Shown: positions 22,343-34,200 of the stretch, one piece after another
Layout: every line of letters starts with the position of its first letter
Position numbering within the stretch: position 1 is the stretch's first letter
Assembly (NCBI GenBank): GCA_045837725.1
Contig: JBEWZL010000116.1
Location: 62,001 to 122,046 of the forward strand
Direction of reading: 5' to 3'
Origin: Vermamoeba vermiformis
Lineage: Eukaryota
DNA: 60,046 nt
Position numbers and translations under genes: made by a program
Notes under the pieces: model-generated
What the model saw: the letters and a program-made list of their open reading frames with translations, nothing else
Databases searched by the model: none
What the model was told of the DNA's origin: nothing

Positions 22343-25300
22343 TTATGCGTTGCTATTATCTAACATTGACATTTTAAGCTTAAATTCTTCCTCCAGTTGA
22401 CGTTGCATCTGTTCCATTCGCAATTTAAACTCTTCTTCGAGCCTCTTTTTCTCTTGTTCTAATTTTTCTTTAAATTCACTTTCCAGTCGTTGTTTTTCTA
22501 CTTCCTTCTTAGGAACTACACCGACTATTCAAACAGTTAGCCACAAAGTGCGAAAGAACGTAAAATTTTAGATCCGTACCCGGCTGTTTGAGACCCGGCT
22601 GTGGCGTCAAACCTTCAACAGGCTTAGTGAGCATAGTTGATTTAGGTCATGCTGGGCCGACTTTAGTAGGCGAGGCTTTCGGCACAGCTCCAACACTATT
22701 AGGCCCTTGGCTACCGTTCAATGAAGTAGGTGTCTTGATGACTCCCTTGGGAGGTGACACGGGGATTTTAAAGTTGGGTGAAGACACTGACATTGACTTG
22801 GGTCTAGCACTAATACCGCCACTATTAGCCCTTTCAACGGGACGCAATTGTGGCAATTGGAACTGATTGGTAGGTTCTTGTTTTGGTGACGAAGGAGGCG
22901 GTCCCTTTTTCACTGAACGCAACGAGTTGATCTGGCTTTGAAGAGCTGATTGTGTCATTTGGAACATGTTAGGATGCTTAAGTGCTGCGGGGTAACTAAA
23001 ATAAAAAACATTAGATCCGGATCAAAAAAAATATTTCCGTGAAAAAATTCTTACGGTAACTTTTGAGCGACTGTTTCTTCATCAACTAGAATTCGAATAG
23101 AGGTTATTAGTTCATATATTAATAGTAGATGTCGGTGTCACTTACGTTTGGTAAGTTCACGGTCTTCTCGTTCTTTCAAAGTCTCAGCCTTCTTCACAAA
23201 GTCGTCCAATCGCGAGGTCAGTCGTTGCGTGGCTGCTAACAAATTGGCCATAGAATTGCGATGATTCATCTTCTTATCGCTATTTTGATACTCTTCGTCA
23301 TTGGGCGAACGCTTTTCTTGCTTAATATGCTTCTCTCCCTGTGCAAATATTCATTAATACGAGCACTTTCCAAAAATGGAATAAAGGGTCCTTACCGTTG
23401 CAATCATGTTTCTGAACTCGTCGTTCGTTAATCTATTGCGTTCAGGGTGCTGTGCCATCATTTGGCCTAACGCGTCAATGTCGGCTTTGACACTGATGAC
23501 ATGCCGTTAGCAACTTGTTTTCCTAAATAGGCAAGTACGTACCTCTTAGTCTGTGGTCTTTGGCTTGATAACGATTGGTCAATGAAGTCAGAGACGGCTC
23601 GTAGAGTGCCATAAGCTGTTGGTTTGTCAACTTCAACACCTTGTTGTGCAGCTTCCATAATAGCAAGAGCACCGTAGACTCGATTGAATTGCTCGTCGAC
23701 GTCTTCTGAAGGAGGCATGGGCTTGAGAACGAGCTTACAGAACAGCTGTTCTACGATTGGTCCGTTTTGGAAAGCTTGATATGTCACCTAACAAAAAAAT
23801 CAAAATTTGTTCGGTCGTGGCTTTTGACAACTTTTTCACGCGCCACTTACAATCAAATTAACTTCTGTTTGTTGCACACCATCGTTCAAGGCAATATAGA
23901 ACGGCAAGTCCCTCATTTCGTTGTAAGAAAGTGAGCCTATTAGTACATTTGTTCGTGTAATGTACGTGTTCGCGTTGATCATAAACGTATCATTTGCGAG
24001 AAGTCTCCACGGCATATTTTTCAAAAATCCAACACGAGCGTGCAACGGATTCAACTATACGAGTTATTAAGTACTACTTACTATATAAAACATTATGCGT
24101 ACCTCTATGGTCAGAGAAATGTTGTGCGCAACGACGTTCAATGCACGATTGAAAAACAATCCCAAAATATCTCGCAAGCTATATAAATGGTTAATATAGA
24201 TGGTATTAATAAATAATATAAGAATCGTACTTCGAAATATCAGCGTTGTAATAACTTCCCGAAGTTTCATTTGCCATTGCTCGGAGCAAACTTGCGTCTT
24301 GTTCAGGGCCACAACCTTCATTCAAAAACAATATTAGAACAATAGAACTTATTAAGGCCGAGACTAGCTCATAATATATATAATCGATATTAATAGAAAT
24401 GGTTTACTCACCCATGCAAAAGCATTGAAATTGATATGCGCTCCATTGTTTGACTTGACTGATAATTTGAGCGATTCTGTTTTGTCTTCGCACGACTTGT
24501 TGTTGATTATAAGCTTTCACGTCATTTTGCATTGGTGCGTCAACGAGATTCGGGTCCAATCTATAATTTACAAGTATGAGCCTCGTTCATGAAAAAAAAT
24601 TTTGAGCACATCCACTTACAATTCAATTTGTGCCAAGTTATCGAAGCCATCCGTAAATATCAAGCCTATCTTACATGCCTCTTTTCTATTATGAATGTTA
24701 GAAGTATGAATTTCAAACATGTATTAGTACGTACCGTAAGTAAGGCAATTTTGAATTGAAGCACAAGATCGGGTTTAAAAGGTCAGTTCCACCTTCTGCA
24801 TGCAAAGCATTGATCGAATAAATAATATAATCCTAATATAATTAATAATTGAATACAAAGTAAGGTTTGAACGTACTTTTAAGGCTCCGACTGGTTGCAG
24901 ATCGAACAAAATGTAAGCTTTGTCGTTGAATGTAAATATAGCCAAGCGATCATTATCATTCAAGCAATCCAACAGCTGCATGACCGATTTTTTAAGCGAA
25001 TCAAGCTTCGCGCCGTCCATACTGCCGCTGACATCCAAGGCTAACACGAGGTCGATCGGCATCCGGTCTTTATTCATTCTTGAAAAGTGCTCCACGTGCG
25101 CAACTGCACGAAACAATTGTTGCTAATTAATAATTGATGTTAGTATTACACTCGTATTGCACGTAGATCTGTAGGCAAACTTGGAGTTGGAAATTTCGTA
25201 GTGATTTTTTTTATCTAATTATTTAATCGATCCTTTACTATCCACAAACACGTAAATGAAATATTTTGGTACCAGATCTGGATTTTAAATTAATTTTGCG

Positions 25301-25475
25301 AGTGTAACAATTCACGAAAAATTGAAAAAATCAGATCAAGAGCGAAAAAGCTCAATTAATACGTGCCAATAATTTTAGAAAATAAAATTAATACCTGGAT
25401 TGAATCGTACGAGACGTCAAAGTTGATCTCGCTCTTATCGATCGGATTCATTTTAGTACTGCGCAGCAACTCCAT
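22343..25475 (-). CDS. von Willebrand factor A domain protein with Pro-rich, WH2-like and coiled-coil C-terminus
   Basis: MIDAS DLVLALDVSGSM, AEGGTDL, LIFTDG, DASLLRAMANETSGSYY. C-terminal LRSV/LRPV motifs, a Pro/Ser-rich region and an E/K coiled coil. Confidence 0.75.
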
Positions 25476-25746
25476 TTTCGTATCTAAAAAGGATGCTACT
25501 CCTAATGTGTTGTCTCTCTATTGCTAAGTAAATTATTGTCATTAGGCAAAGGCCCGAGTTCCTTTCGGAATTTCTTTCTCGCAATTTTGAGAAGAAGGCG
25601 CGATCCCAAAATGACTCGGTTGTGAATGGATTGCGAAAGAAACTAGCGGTAACCACAAGTAATAATAAGAATTACAACAAATAACAAATTTGTCGGATTG
25701 GTAGGGGATCGTGGATGTCCTGTTTTAATAACAAGCGTGGCTCGAT

Positions 25747-27258
25747 TTATTTTTGTTCTTTATCAAATTCTTCATCATAAAGCTCTTTCAAAATTGAAGT
25801 ATTGAACTTTCTGCTGTTTTTAGTACCAGGATTAAACTCGATGTATGATCCGTGCTTTTGTGACCTCGACAACGTGTTCCAGAAGTTAGCAGGTGTCAAA
25901 TAAGCTTTATATTCCTCATTACGATATTGTGGGTAGTTTTTCTACGAATAAAATAAATCAGTAACTGTTACTAAAAGAAAATCGTAGGTTGAAACATGGC
26001 CCGATCCATCGATCAGAGAGCGAATAAATTTTGACGGTAAACATATTATACTATATTATACGTACCAAGAATTCTTTGACTTCATCGAGCGATGACCAAG
26101 CAGGCAATGTAGATTCGTTGTCCATGATCAGCAGACCTTCGTCAGTCTTGCAAGTAACAAAAGGACCAATTTTAATTTCATGGTACCTACAATAAACATT
26201 ATTACAGTCATATTAATACAAAAGATAACGACAAATACTTACGCGTCTTCGAGTTGTTTCTTGTCAGCCGAAGTTTTATTGGGGTTCAACGAGTGTGGAG
26301 AATGCTGCCACAAATAGTCGATCATTTTTTCAAGTTTTTGCACGCGATAATAAACTGGAAGAAGTCTGAAATGATCTTCGTTTAAGACGACGTTCCAAGG
26401 CAAGCCTAAATAACACCATCGTGTTAGCACAACATTTTTAAAGTTTCTGTGGCACGTACCAGGGTCAAGAATCAAATGTGATACTTTTTTAGTACCAAGA
26501 TTGCTTGTAATAACATCGACAACGAACTCGATGGGAATTTGTCGAAGTTGAAGTTTTGAGTGCGGATTTTGCACCTTGAAGGAAGTGTCATCAGTATGAA
26601 GGAAGAGAATCACTGGCTCGGTGTCTTGATCCCTAATATTAAATATAGTATTAGTAACTTGCGGAAGCTGCATCGTTTTTTTGGATCGAATCCGGATCTG
26701 AAGCACAGTCAACTTACTTGGATTTATAATTCGGAATATGAGTTCTATATGTAGTGATATGTTAGTACTAATATTATACAATGACTACAGATCGATACAT
26801 ACAAAGTTTTGCTCATGGCAGCGAAGTTCTCGCCGTCAAAAGCAGCGTACAACTTGCTTAAAGTCACAAATTCGCGTAAAAATTCGCCTAAAGTCACTTC
26901 TTTCTTAGTAGCACGCAACATCAGCTTTTGAATGGGAGAAATGTTGTCGAGGTTGAAAGCTTCTGATTTCTTCATTGTCGGGATCTCTACTGTAGTTTTT
27001 TTGGTGGAATATTGCGTAGTAAATAGAATTGATTTTGAAGCTGTTTTGCTGGATTCAGAAATTAATTTCGATCTATTTTGCTGAAAAATTCCATGGCATC
27101 CTAAATTATTAAAATTGTTAATTATATGCACTAAATATTCAAAAGCAATTTTTAAATGCAGTTATCTAATTTTTTAAAATTGGCTAAGCGAACTTACTAG
27201 CCGATCTGGATGAGTTCAGCGCTCTATTGATAGACACACTAACGAATCTCCGTAGCAT
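25747..27258 (-). CDS. Putative mitochondrial protein, paralog A (two SseB-like alpha/beta repeats, tentative)
   Basis: N-terminus MLRRFVSVSINRALNSSR is Arg/Ser-rich without acidic residues. Shares GEFLRE, SHLILDP, HSPHSLNPN, LPAW and IEFNP with the adjacent paralog. Confidence 0.6.
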
Positions 27259-27435
27259 AATAGCTTTATATTCTTTTTGGCCAATAGATAATGTTGCTTG
27301 TGGTGCCTGTGACAAGCCGAAAAAAATTTGGCAACAAAACTTGATCCGTCGAAAAACTTGCCTATATTTGCACAAAAAGGAAAAAGGAATCATTTTGAGT
27401 ACCGCACGATGCAAATGCAGGTATTTAGTAAAAAT

Positions 27436-29045
27436 TTATTGGTCGTCTGGTTTTGTGACTTGCATTCTTTCTCGCCATTCAGGAGGAATAGGCGTATTAT
27501 GAATTTCATAAGCTAATTTGCCATGAAATAAACGAGATTTTGGAGTTTCAGGATTGAATTGAATAGCGCATTTAGACATCAGTTCGGTATTCATTCCTAA
27601 TTTAGTCCACAGATCTTCTCCATCAATAGGCATAAACTTGTATTTCTCAATATCGATCTCTGGATGCTTTTCCTATAATAAAATATGTTATTTTTTCGTA
27701 GAAAAAGCTAGGTAGTGCGGATCCAATGAAACGTACAGGGAATTGGTTGGAAATGTCTTCAGCAGTCCAAATCGGCAATATTGTGTTATTTTCTAAGAAA
27801 TAGAGGCCAGTTTCACTCGGTTCAGACTTTGTCAAATCATGCTCTCGCTCGCAGAGCACCAAAAATGGTGCCAACTTCGGGGTGTAATTCCTGATTAAGC
27901 CAAAAATGAATATTGTTACCGATTAATATAGCGTAAAATAACTACCTGGCACTTTCTTCTTTTTGAGACCCTTCGCCTATAACGCGATTAGGGTTCAACG
28001 AGTGCGGCGAGTGGATCCATAACGATTCGATGTTGGTTTCTGAAAAGGCGACTTGTCTATAATAAGGCAAGTACATAATCTGCTCCTCGGTCAAAGTTAA
28101 ACTGGCAGTAGCTAAAAATTATATTATTAGTCACAAATCGTATTGAAGAAAAAAATTGTAACGTACTAGGATCTATAACGATATGAGTGACCGCAGACTT
28201 TTGATACTCGTTAGTTAACATTTGCATAATATGTCCAATAGGCATGTCGACGAGCTTTAACTTGGTATTTGGTTCGAAGAGACGTAAAGTGTTTTCGCCT
28301 GAAAAAAGAAAGAGCGTAACGTAGTTCTGAACATCAAAATGGACTCCCATTGGCCACCGATCGCTAGTAATAATATTTTTAATTATTTTCTTCAGTTTTA
28401 GTGAATTGTTAGTGGATCTACTTACGAAGGAACGTAGTCCTGGAAAACTTCTCTGTTCCAATAAATACTTTAGTACCCTTATCTTGCAAAAATATTATAA
28501 TATTACCGTGTCCTCATAATGGCACCAGTTTCTTGGCCATTGACGATCTGAATAGGAAACAAAAGTGAGTCTCGCAACCCGATCTCGCGTAACAGCTCTC
28601 CCATAGTAATCTTCTTATCAAAGTATTCAATCATCTTCTCCTGTAATTCATTGGGGTTCTTAATATCCTTTAGCGAGATTGAGGGCTCTACAAGTTTCTT
28701 CGCTACTTCTTGTTCTCGTGCCACCTTGTCTTGTTTAGTAGGGCTGGGTAAAGTTGATTTTCTTTGAGGTGGTCTTCTGTTAGTGGCATAAGTCATTGTC
28801 GAGGGAGCTGTTTTTGCAAGGCTAAACAAGCTAGATTTGGCTAGAGGATTGGATCTGCCTGTCAAGTTTCAACAGAAAAATTAGATCGCAGATTCAAGCC
28901 TTGAATATATAATCAAAAATAATTTTATGCTTAGTCGTATATTTTAAACATTTTTAGAAAATTGTTGCTGGTTTTTTTTGTCGATCTGGATTTGCTTCTT
29001 ACCCTTCGCCTTGATAGCGACTCGCTGAACCAATCTCCTCAACAT
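27436..29045 (-). CDS. Putative mitochondrial protein, paralog B
   Basis: N-terminus MLRRLVQRVAIKAK|GRSNPLAKSSLFSLAKTAPSTMTYAT is transit-peptide-like. Shares GELLRE, THIVIDP, HSPHSLNPN, LPIW and IQFNP with paralog A. Confidence 0.6.
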
Positions 29046-29646
29046 TTATGATAGTATGTGGATAGCTTTGTGCTCTCTATTGTTTGATAAACCGAAATTA
29101 GTATTCGTTCGCGTTGTTAGGGTTGTATTTTAGTCTCCCCAAACAAAAGGAGATATCACCTGATCCTATCGCCTCGCACCAAGCCAACAATTATTGAAGT
29201 AATATAGATAGCTAGGTATACCTCGTTTGATCGGACATTAAGAATAGTGACCCGAGTCAAAAACACTGAAAACAGATTATTATTACAACAAAGCTTACAA
29301 TTGGCCAAGTACAATTCTCTAAGATTTTGTACGGAGGTTGTTATTATTATTTTTTGGTATTTATATGGTTATTGTTATTATTTGTGCCTTGAATGCAATA
29401 TAATCTGAGTTTTCGTGTTGTGTGTAAGACAGATCGCTTCTTTGATGGTATTTACGGCTAATATAGTATTAGTACGGTATAGTAATAATAATACAATAAT
29501 ATGGACTTACTTGTATATATTACAAATTAACAATGCGATCTGACTCTCGCCTTTCAAAATTGTTGATAATTGTTTAAATAAGGAATGTTGTTATTATTAA
29601 TTATCGATATTTGTAGTTTTTCTATTATATAATATTAATATTGTGA

Positions 29647-31778
29647 TTAAAACTCCGCAATGTTGAAAGAAAAGTCGCCTTGATCTAGATCCATTTGTGC
29701 CGCCTTTGTATAAACATCGTTTGTCGTGGCAGGTGGATAATATGTTGGTGCAGGTAATAATGGTGCGTTATTAAACTGCAAAAATCCTTCAGCAAACAAT
29801 TGGGTAAATTGTTCGGATGTTTCGTGATCTATCTGTGGATTCGTTTTGAGCCAATTCACCATTTCTTTGAGACTCTCCAAATACTTGGTAGTTTTTCTAA
29901 ATATATTGCTATTAGAACATAATATAATCAACTTGAATAGCTAGGACGATAGTAAACGGGATCTGTCATTGAATAAGTATTGAATGAGCGCTATATTTAG
30001 CCTCATTTTCAGTAGCAACGAATATAATTGTATTGGATAAGCTCAAAATAACGCGTAATATAATACTACGGGTAATTGGTAATGATTCTAATTTCATGAA
30101 ACGAGCCAGAAAGACGCGCGACACGTACCCGTCCACTTTTGGCGGCTTTGGAGGCTTAGGCGCTTGTTGTTTTTGTGGACTTTTAACGACCTCGCCACGT
30201 GGTTCAGACGAGTGGTAAGTGCCCGTCAAATGCACCACGAGCTCGGGGAACTGTGGCACGAAAACTGAGGGATCGTGTCGCGAGGCAACGTGCAATTGAA
30301 TGCTGACAAAGGAACACTCCGTTGTTAGGGCTTGTCGCAAATGATTCTTGTTGCATTTGAAGTTGTTGTGCCTATTGATGATAATAAATGTCGGCGAGAT
30401 CCGCTCTGGCTCATCAAAGACGAATTCCTTAATAGGAAAATCATCTGGTACGATGATCTGTTGGTCATTAAGCTTGAGATCTAAGTAGCCAATGTGCGTG
30501 TGGTCTGAACTTGACGCTGCTACTTGTTGAGCTTCTTCGAGTGATTTGGCGAGATACAACGAGGTTGGGTCTAAAAATAGAAAAGGTCAATTAGATTTAT
30601 CGGCATCGCAGAAATCACTACGAATTGATTTAAATACATATATAAGGTTCTTATAATAATCGAATAGTATTAAAAATATTCGGCACGAATGGCTGGAAGT
30701 TCGCAATAATTCACAAACGACACATAAATATCTAGCGGATAAACTTGATTCAAAAATGGGTACATAAAGAATTATGCCTATAGTCATGCGGTCTATTATG
30801 CCGCTATTTTTTAGTTTCGTTATTGAATGGATCGTAAACTCCAAAATTTCAAACGTTTCAATTATTAACCGCTCTGCAATATAACCGCCTGTAATAATTG
30901 CGTTTGCGTATATTATGATATATTTAATATATGGCACTAGTTTCAGCCCTAAGTAATTTGATTCGCAAATTGATGAAAAGACACCAGCCGACAATTTTAA
31001 AATAATTAGAATAATATCTACTGTCAATCTAATAATCTAATATTATATTTGAATATGGATAGTATTAATATAGCAACATACCGCCGTCTGAGCTCGGCTT
31101 TGTAAGTAAGAACTTCATTTTGACATGAGTTCCATGATAATGATTTAGGGCTACTGTATTTTCTGTTTTTTTGATAACCTTCGCATTGCTAGCTAGTTGT
31201 AGTGAAAAGACCTATTTTTAATTGGCATTATTAAATGAATTATTTTTAGCGTTGGTTTGAAAGATGGCACGATCCGAATCTGAAAATTATTTCTAGGGCA
31301 TCCAATATTAAATTTGTTATAGGATCATATTATACTATCCTAATATTTAGTTATTTGCATTATACAATTTAATTTTATTCTAAGAACAAATCCAAGATGA
31401 GCTTACCGAAGTTCCAAGCCAACTATTATCGTATGAAATTCTCTTGGCATAATTAACACTATCTATTAACGCGAATCTATCGTTTTTATCGAGTTTTTTG
31501 TCGCCGTCTTCTTCAGCTGAGTCAGATTCGCTCGGCGTATGTTGCGAAGATGACTTAATCGTTGAGGGCGATCTGTTACTACGTCTGCTACTCTTAAGAT
31601 CTACTCTGTCATCTTTGCTATCCAAATATGACGTAATATTGTCCCAGTCGTCATTGTAATCATCTTCAACAGATCGCATTCGCGCGTTTTCTAGCTCAAA
31701 ACGTCGCTGGGACCTGAGCTCCTCCGGATTAATATCATAATTGAATCCGATTCGATTTTCGTTATGATATGTTGCCAT
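29647..31778 (-). CDS. Hypothetical protein (acidic/Ser-rich N-terminus, globular middle domain)
   Basis: Exons ~31778-31407, ~31213-31082, ~30570-30100 and a last exon ending at 29647; the first three junctions were checked to join in frame; no recognised family. Confidence 0.6.
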
Positions 31779-31852
31779 CTGTTTGCAGGTCAAATGACAA
31801 AATGGAACAAACCTAATTTTTTTATTTTTAGACTCGATGCGCAACATAAACG

Positions 31853-33236
31853 ATGACCGACAGCATTCAAGTATGTTCTAAAAAACATATAATTAAATTA
31901 TATGACTTAATAATCGTGACTAAACGTTTAGAAGGTGGATCTGCCAGTGGATGTGGCGCAAATACGAGAAAATACTCAATTAAAAAATCTAGGACATTTA
32001 ATGACGTTATTCAAAGCAGAAGATAAAAATGGAAAGGAATATAACTATTCAGCGTTTAAAATAAATTACAGCAAAGAAGTACAAGGAATAACACTCCACT
32101 TCTGGTCCATCTGCTCCAGGTTACCAACAGAAATTGCAGGAAACTGCATAGGACTCGTGCAAAATACACAAGAACTTATATTGGAAGTTTGTAATCATTT
32201 ACGGTCGAATTGGTAAGTCTCAAATTATCAATTTGATAAATTTATCGCCAGATCTGATCCAAAAATAGTAAATAATGCGAAATAATATTTGACTAAAAGA
32301 ATTAAATAAGATACTCCTAATAACACAACGACTAGTCGTTAATATTTTGGAGATCGCGTGAGTTTAATTCCATCGATAATTCCAGTTATTAATAGCCGAT
32401 AACTACACGCGTCAAATTAATAATATGATCTAATTAATCTATATAATAATTTCGATCTTTAATTGTTCATGTCTGAAACTTCCTTTCTTTATTGAAACGT
32501 CATTCGTTATTCATAACTGAAATGAGAATAAGACGCCACCGAGTATCTTAAAAACTCGTTTATTATTTCATACCAATTATAAAAAGCCATATTATAATAC
32601 TCTTGGCGTTAATCTAACGAGCCAATTTTGATTCAAAATTTCTGCGATCGGATCTTGCCTCATACTTACATATCTATTACTCGTATTATTATATTGGTCT
32701 ATCGATACTAAACATGTTATTTTAGCTCTGGCCAAGGCGTAGGAAATGTATATTGGAGTTCAGACTTTGTTTATCCGGACGGGACTCGGCCACTCAAAAG
32801 AAGACCGCTACTGCAAATAATGCCCACAAAATATCAAAATTCAGCCTCAAGTGATGGCACACTGCCGCTATTTGCAATGTGCTTAGAATTAACGACAAAG
32901 AAATCAAAGTACGCCGTGGGTCCTTTAGAAGAATCAGATTTTTCATGGAAGGCGGATCCGAAGCTGACTTTGAGCGGATATATTAACACTGGCTATTTAA
33001 TCGTCATTGAAATTTTGCCGAATTTTCAACGAAGTCATTGCGTGAAGCAAGAGACGGTGCATAAGGCCGTGAATATGGTGATCAATCGAATACTCATTGA
33101 AAATCACCTCGTGGCCCCAATGAACGGCCATTCACATACTAGTAACGGCCATAATAATAGCACTTCGAATAATAGTAATAGCAACAACGCAATGCCGAAC
33201 GAGATCAAGTTAGCAGACAAAAAGCAACAACTGTAG
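31853..33236 (+). CDS. Hypothetical protein with Asn-rich tail
   Basis: Three exons (MTDSIQ | VDLPVDV...LRSN | ...GQGVGNVYW...KKQQL) with GT-AG introns; no recognised family. Confidence 0.6.
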
Positions 33237-34200
33237 CTAGTTTGAATATTATACTATACTTTGTTAATTAATGAACGTTAAAGCGGAATGTTTGGATTGT
33301 TAAGTCGATCCGTTTTTGTTAAACCTTCCTGTATATAATAAATCGAATAATTGATAACAAATGGATCTGTTGTAATTAAAGGCGTCTATATGAATAACAG
33401 CAATTACGTAACTATTATCAGCAGAATCCTCGCGTTCGCCAGCGGCATCTAAGCCAAAAAATTTGCTCTAAACCTTTACCTCCTCATCGACACAACACCA
33501 CAATTCCAACAGTGCATGCATTGAATTCTTTCTTTTAGCTGTTTTGAGTATTTTTCGCGGCAGGAATGTTATGAACAGAAAGGGGAGGATCCGTGTTCTT
33601 TCTCGCAATCAAGTAATATTAATGAAAATACGCAATTAAATTAGGTAAGTATTTATTACTTATATTGCAGTAGTTCTTTTGTTAGATGCGTGTTCTACAA
33701 TTTTTAATAAATTTTGCTTTGATCTTGAGATCTTTTAAATTCCGAGCGAATGCTGCATAAGGCCCTTTACATAAATATCTCCTATATAAATATTATCTTA
33801 AATATCTTTACTCTTGCGGTCTTACCGGCTATCAGTTTGGGCTTTTGTCAGCTCAGACGTGTGTCTACAGTTGATACGCACACTAAAACGTTACTAATGT
33901 CATTCTATTGCTACTAGGGCTAAGAGCGTCCATTTGACTTGCGTGATTATCGGGTACCGTAATTTCCAACGTTTTCATTTAGCTATGAAAGTACGTAAAA
34001 TCGTTAGGGAGATTGTTACTTCAATTTCCGAGCCATGTGACGTAATCTAAGCCTAAAATGGTCAAATATCCGTAAGTGGGCTTTGCTTGAATGAAATTTC
34101 TGAAGGGAACAAGCTTTTTCCGCTTTTTTTAAATTTTGGTCGACTATTTAACCTAATGAGCATCTAGTCTTTTAATCAATTTGCATAACATCAATACAAC

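Noticed and set aside
30587-31027. 146-aa Ile-rich minus-strand ORF
   Set aside because: Lies inside an AT-rich intron of the 29647-31778 gene; composition reflects AT bias, with no motif.
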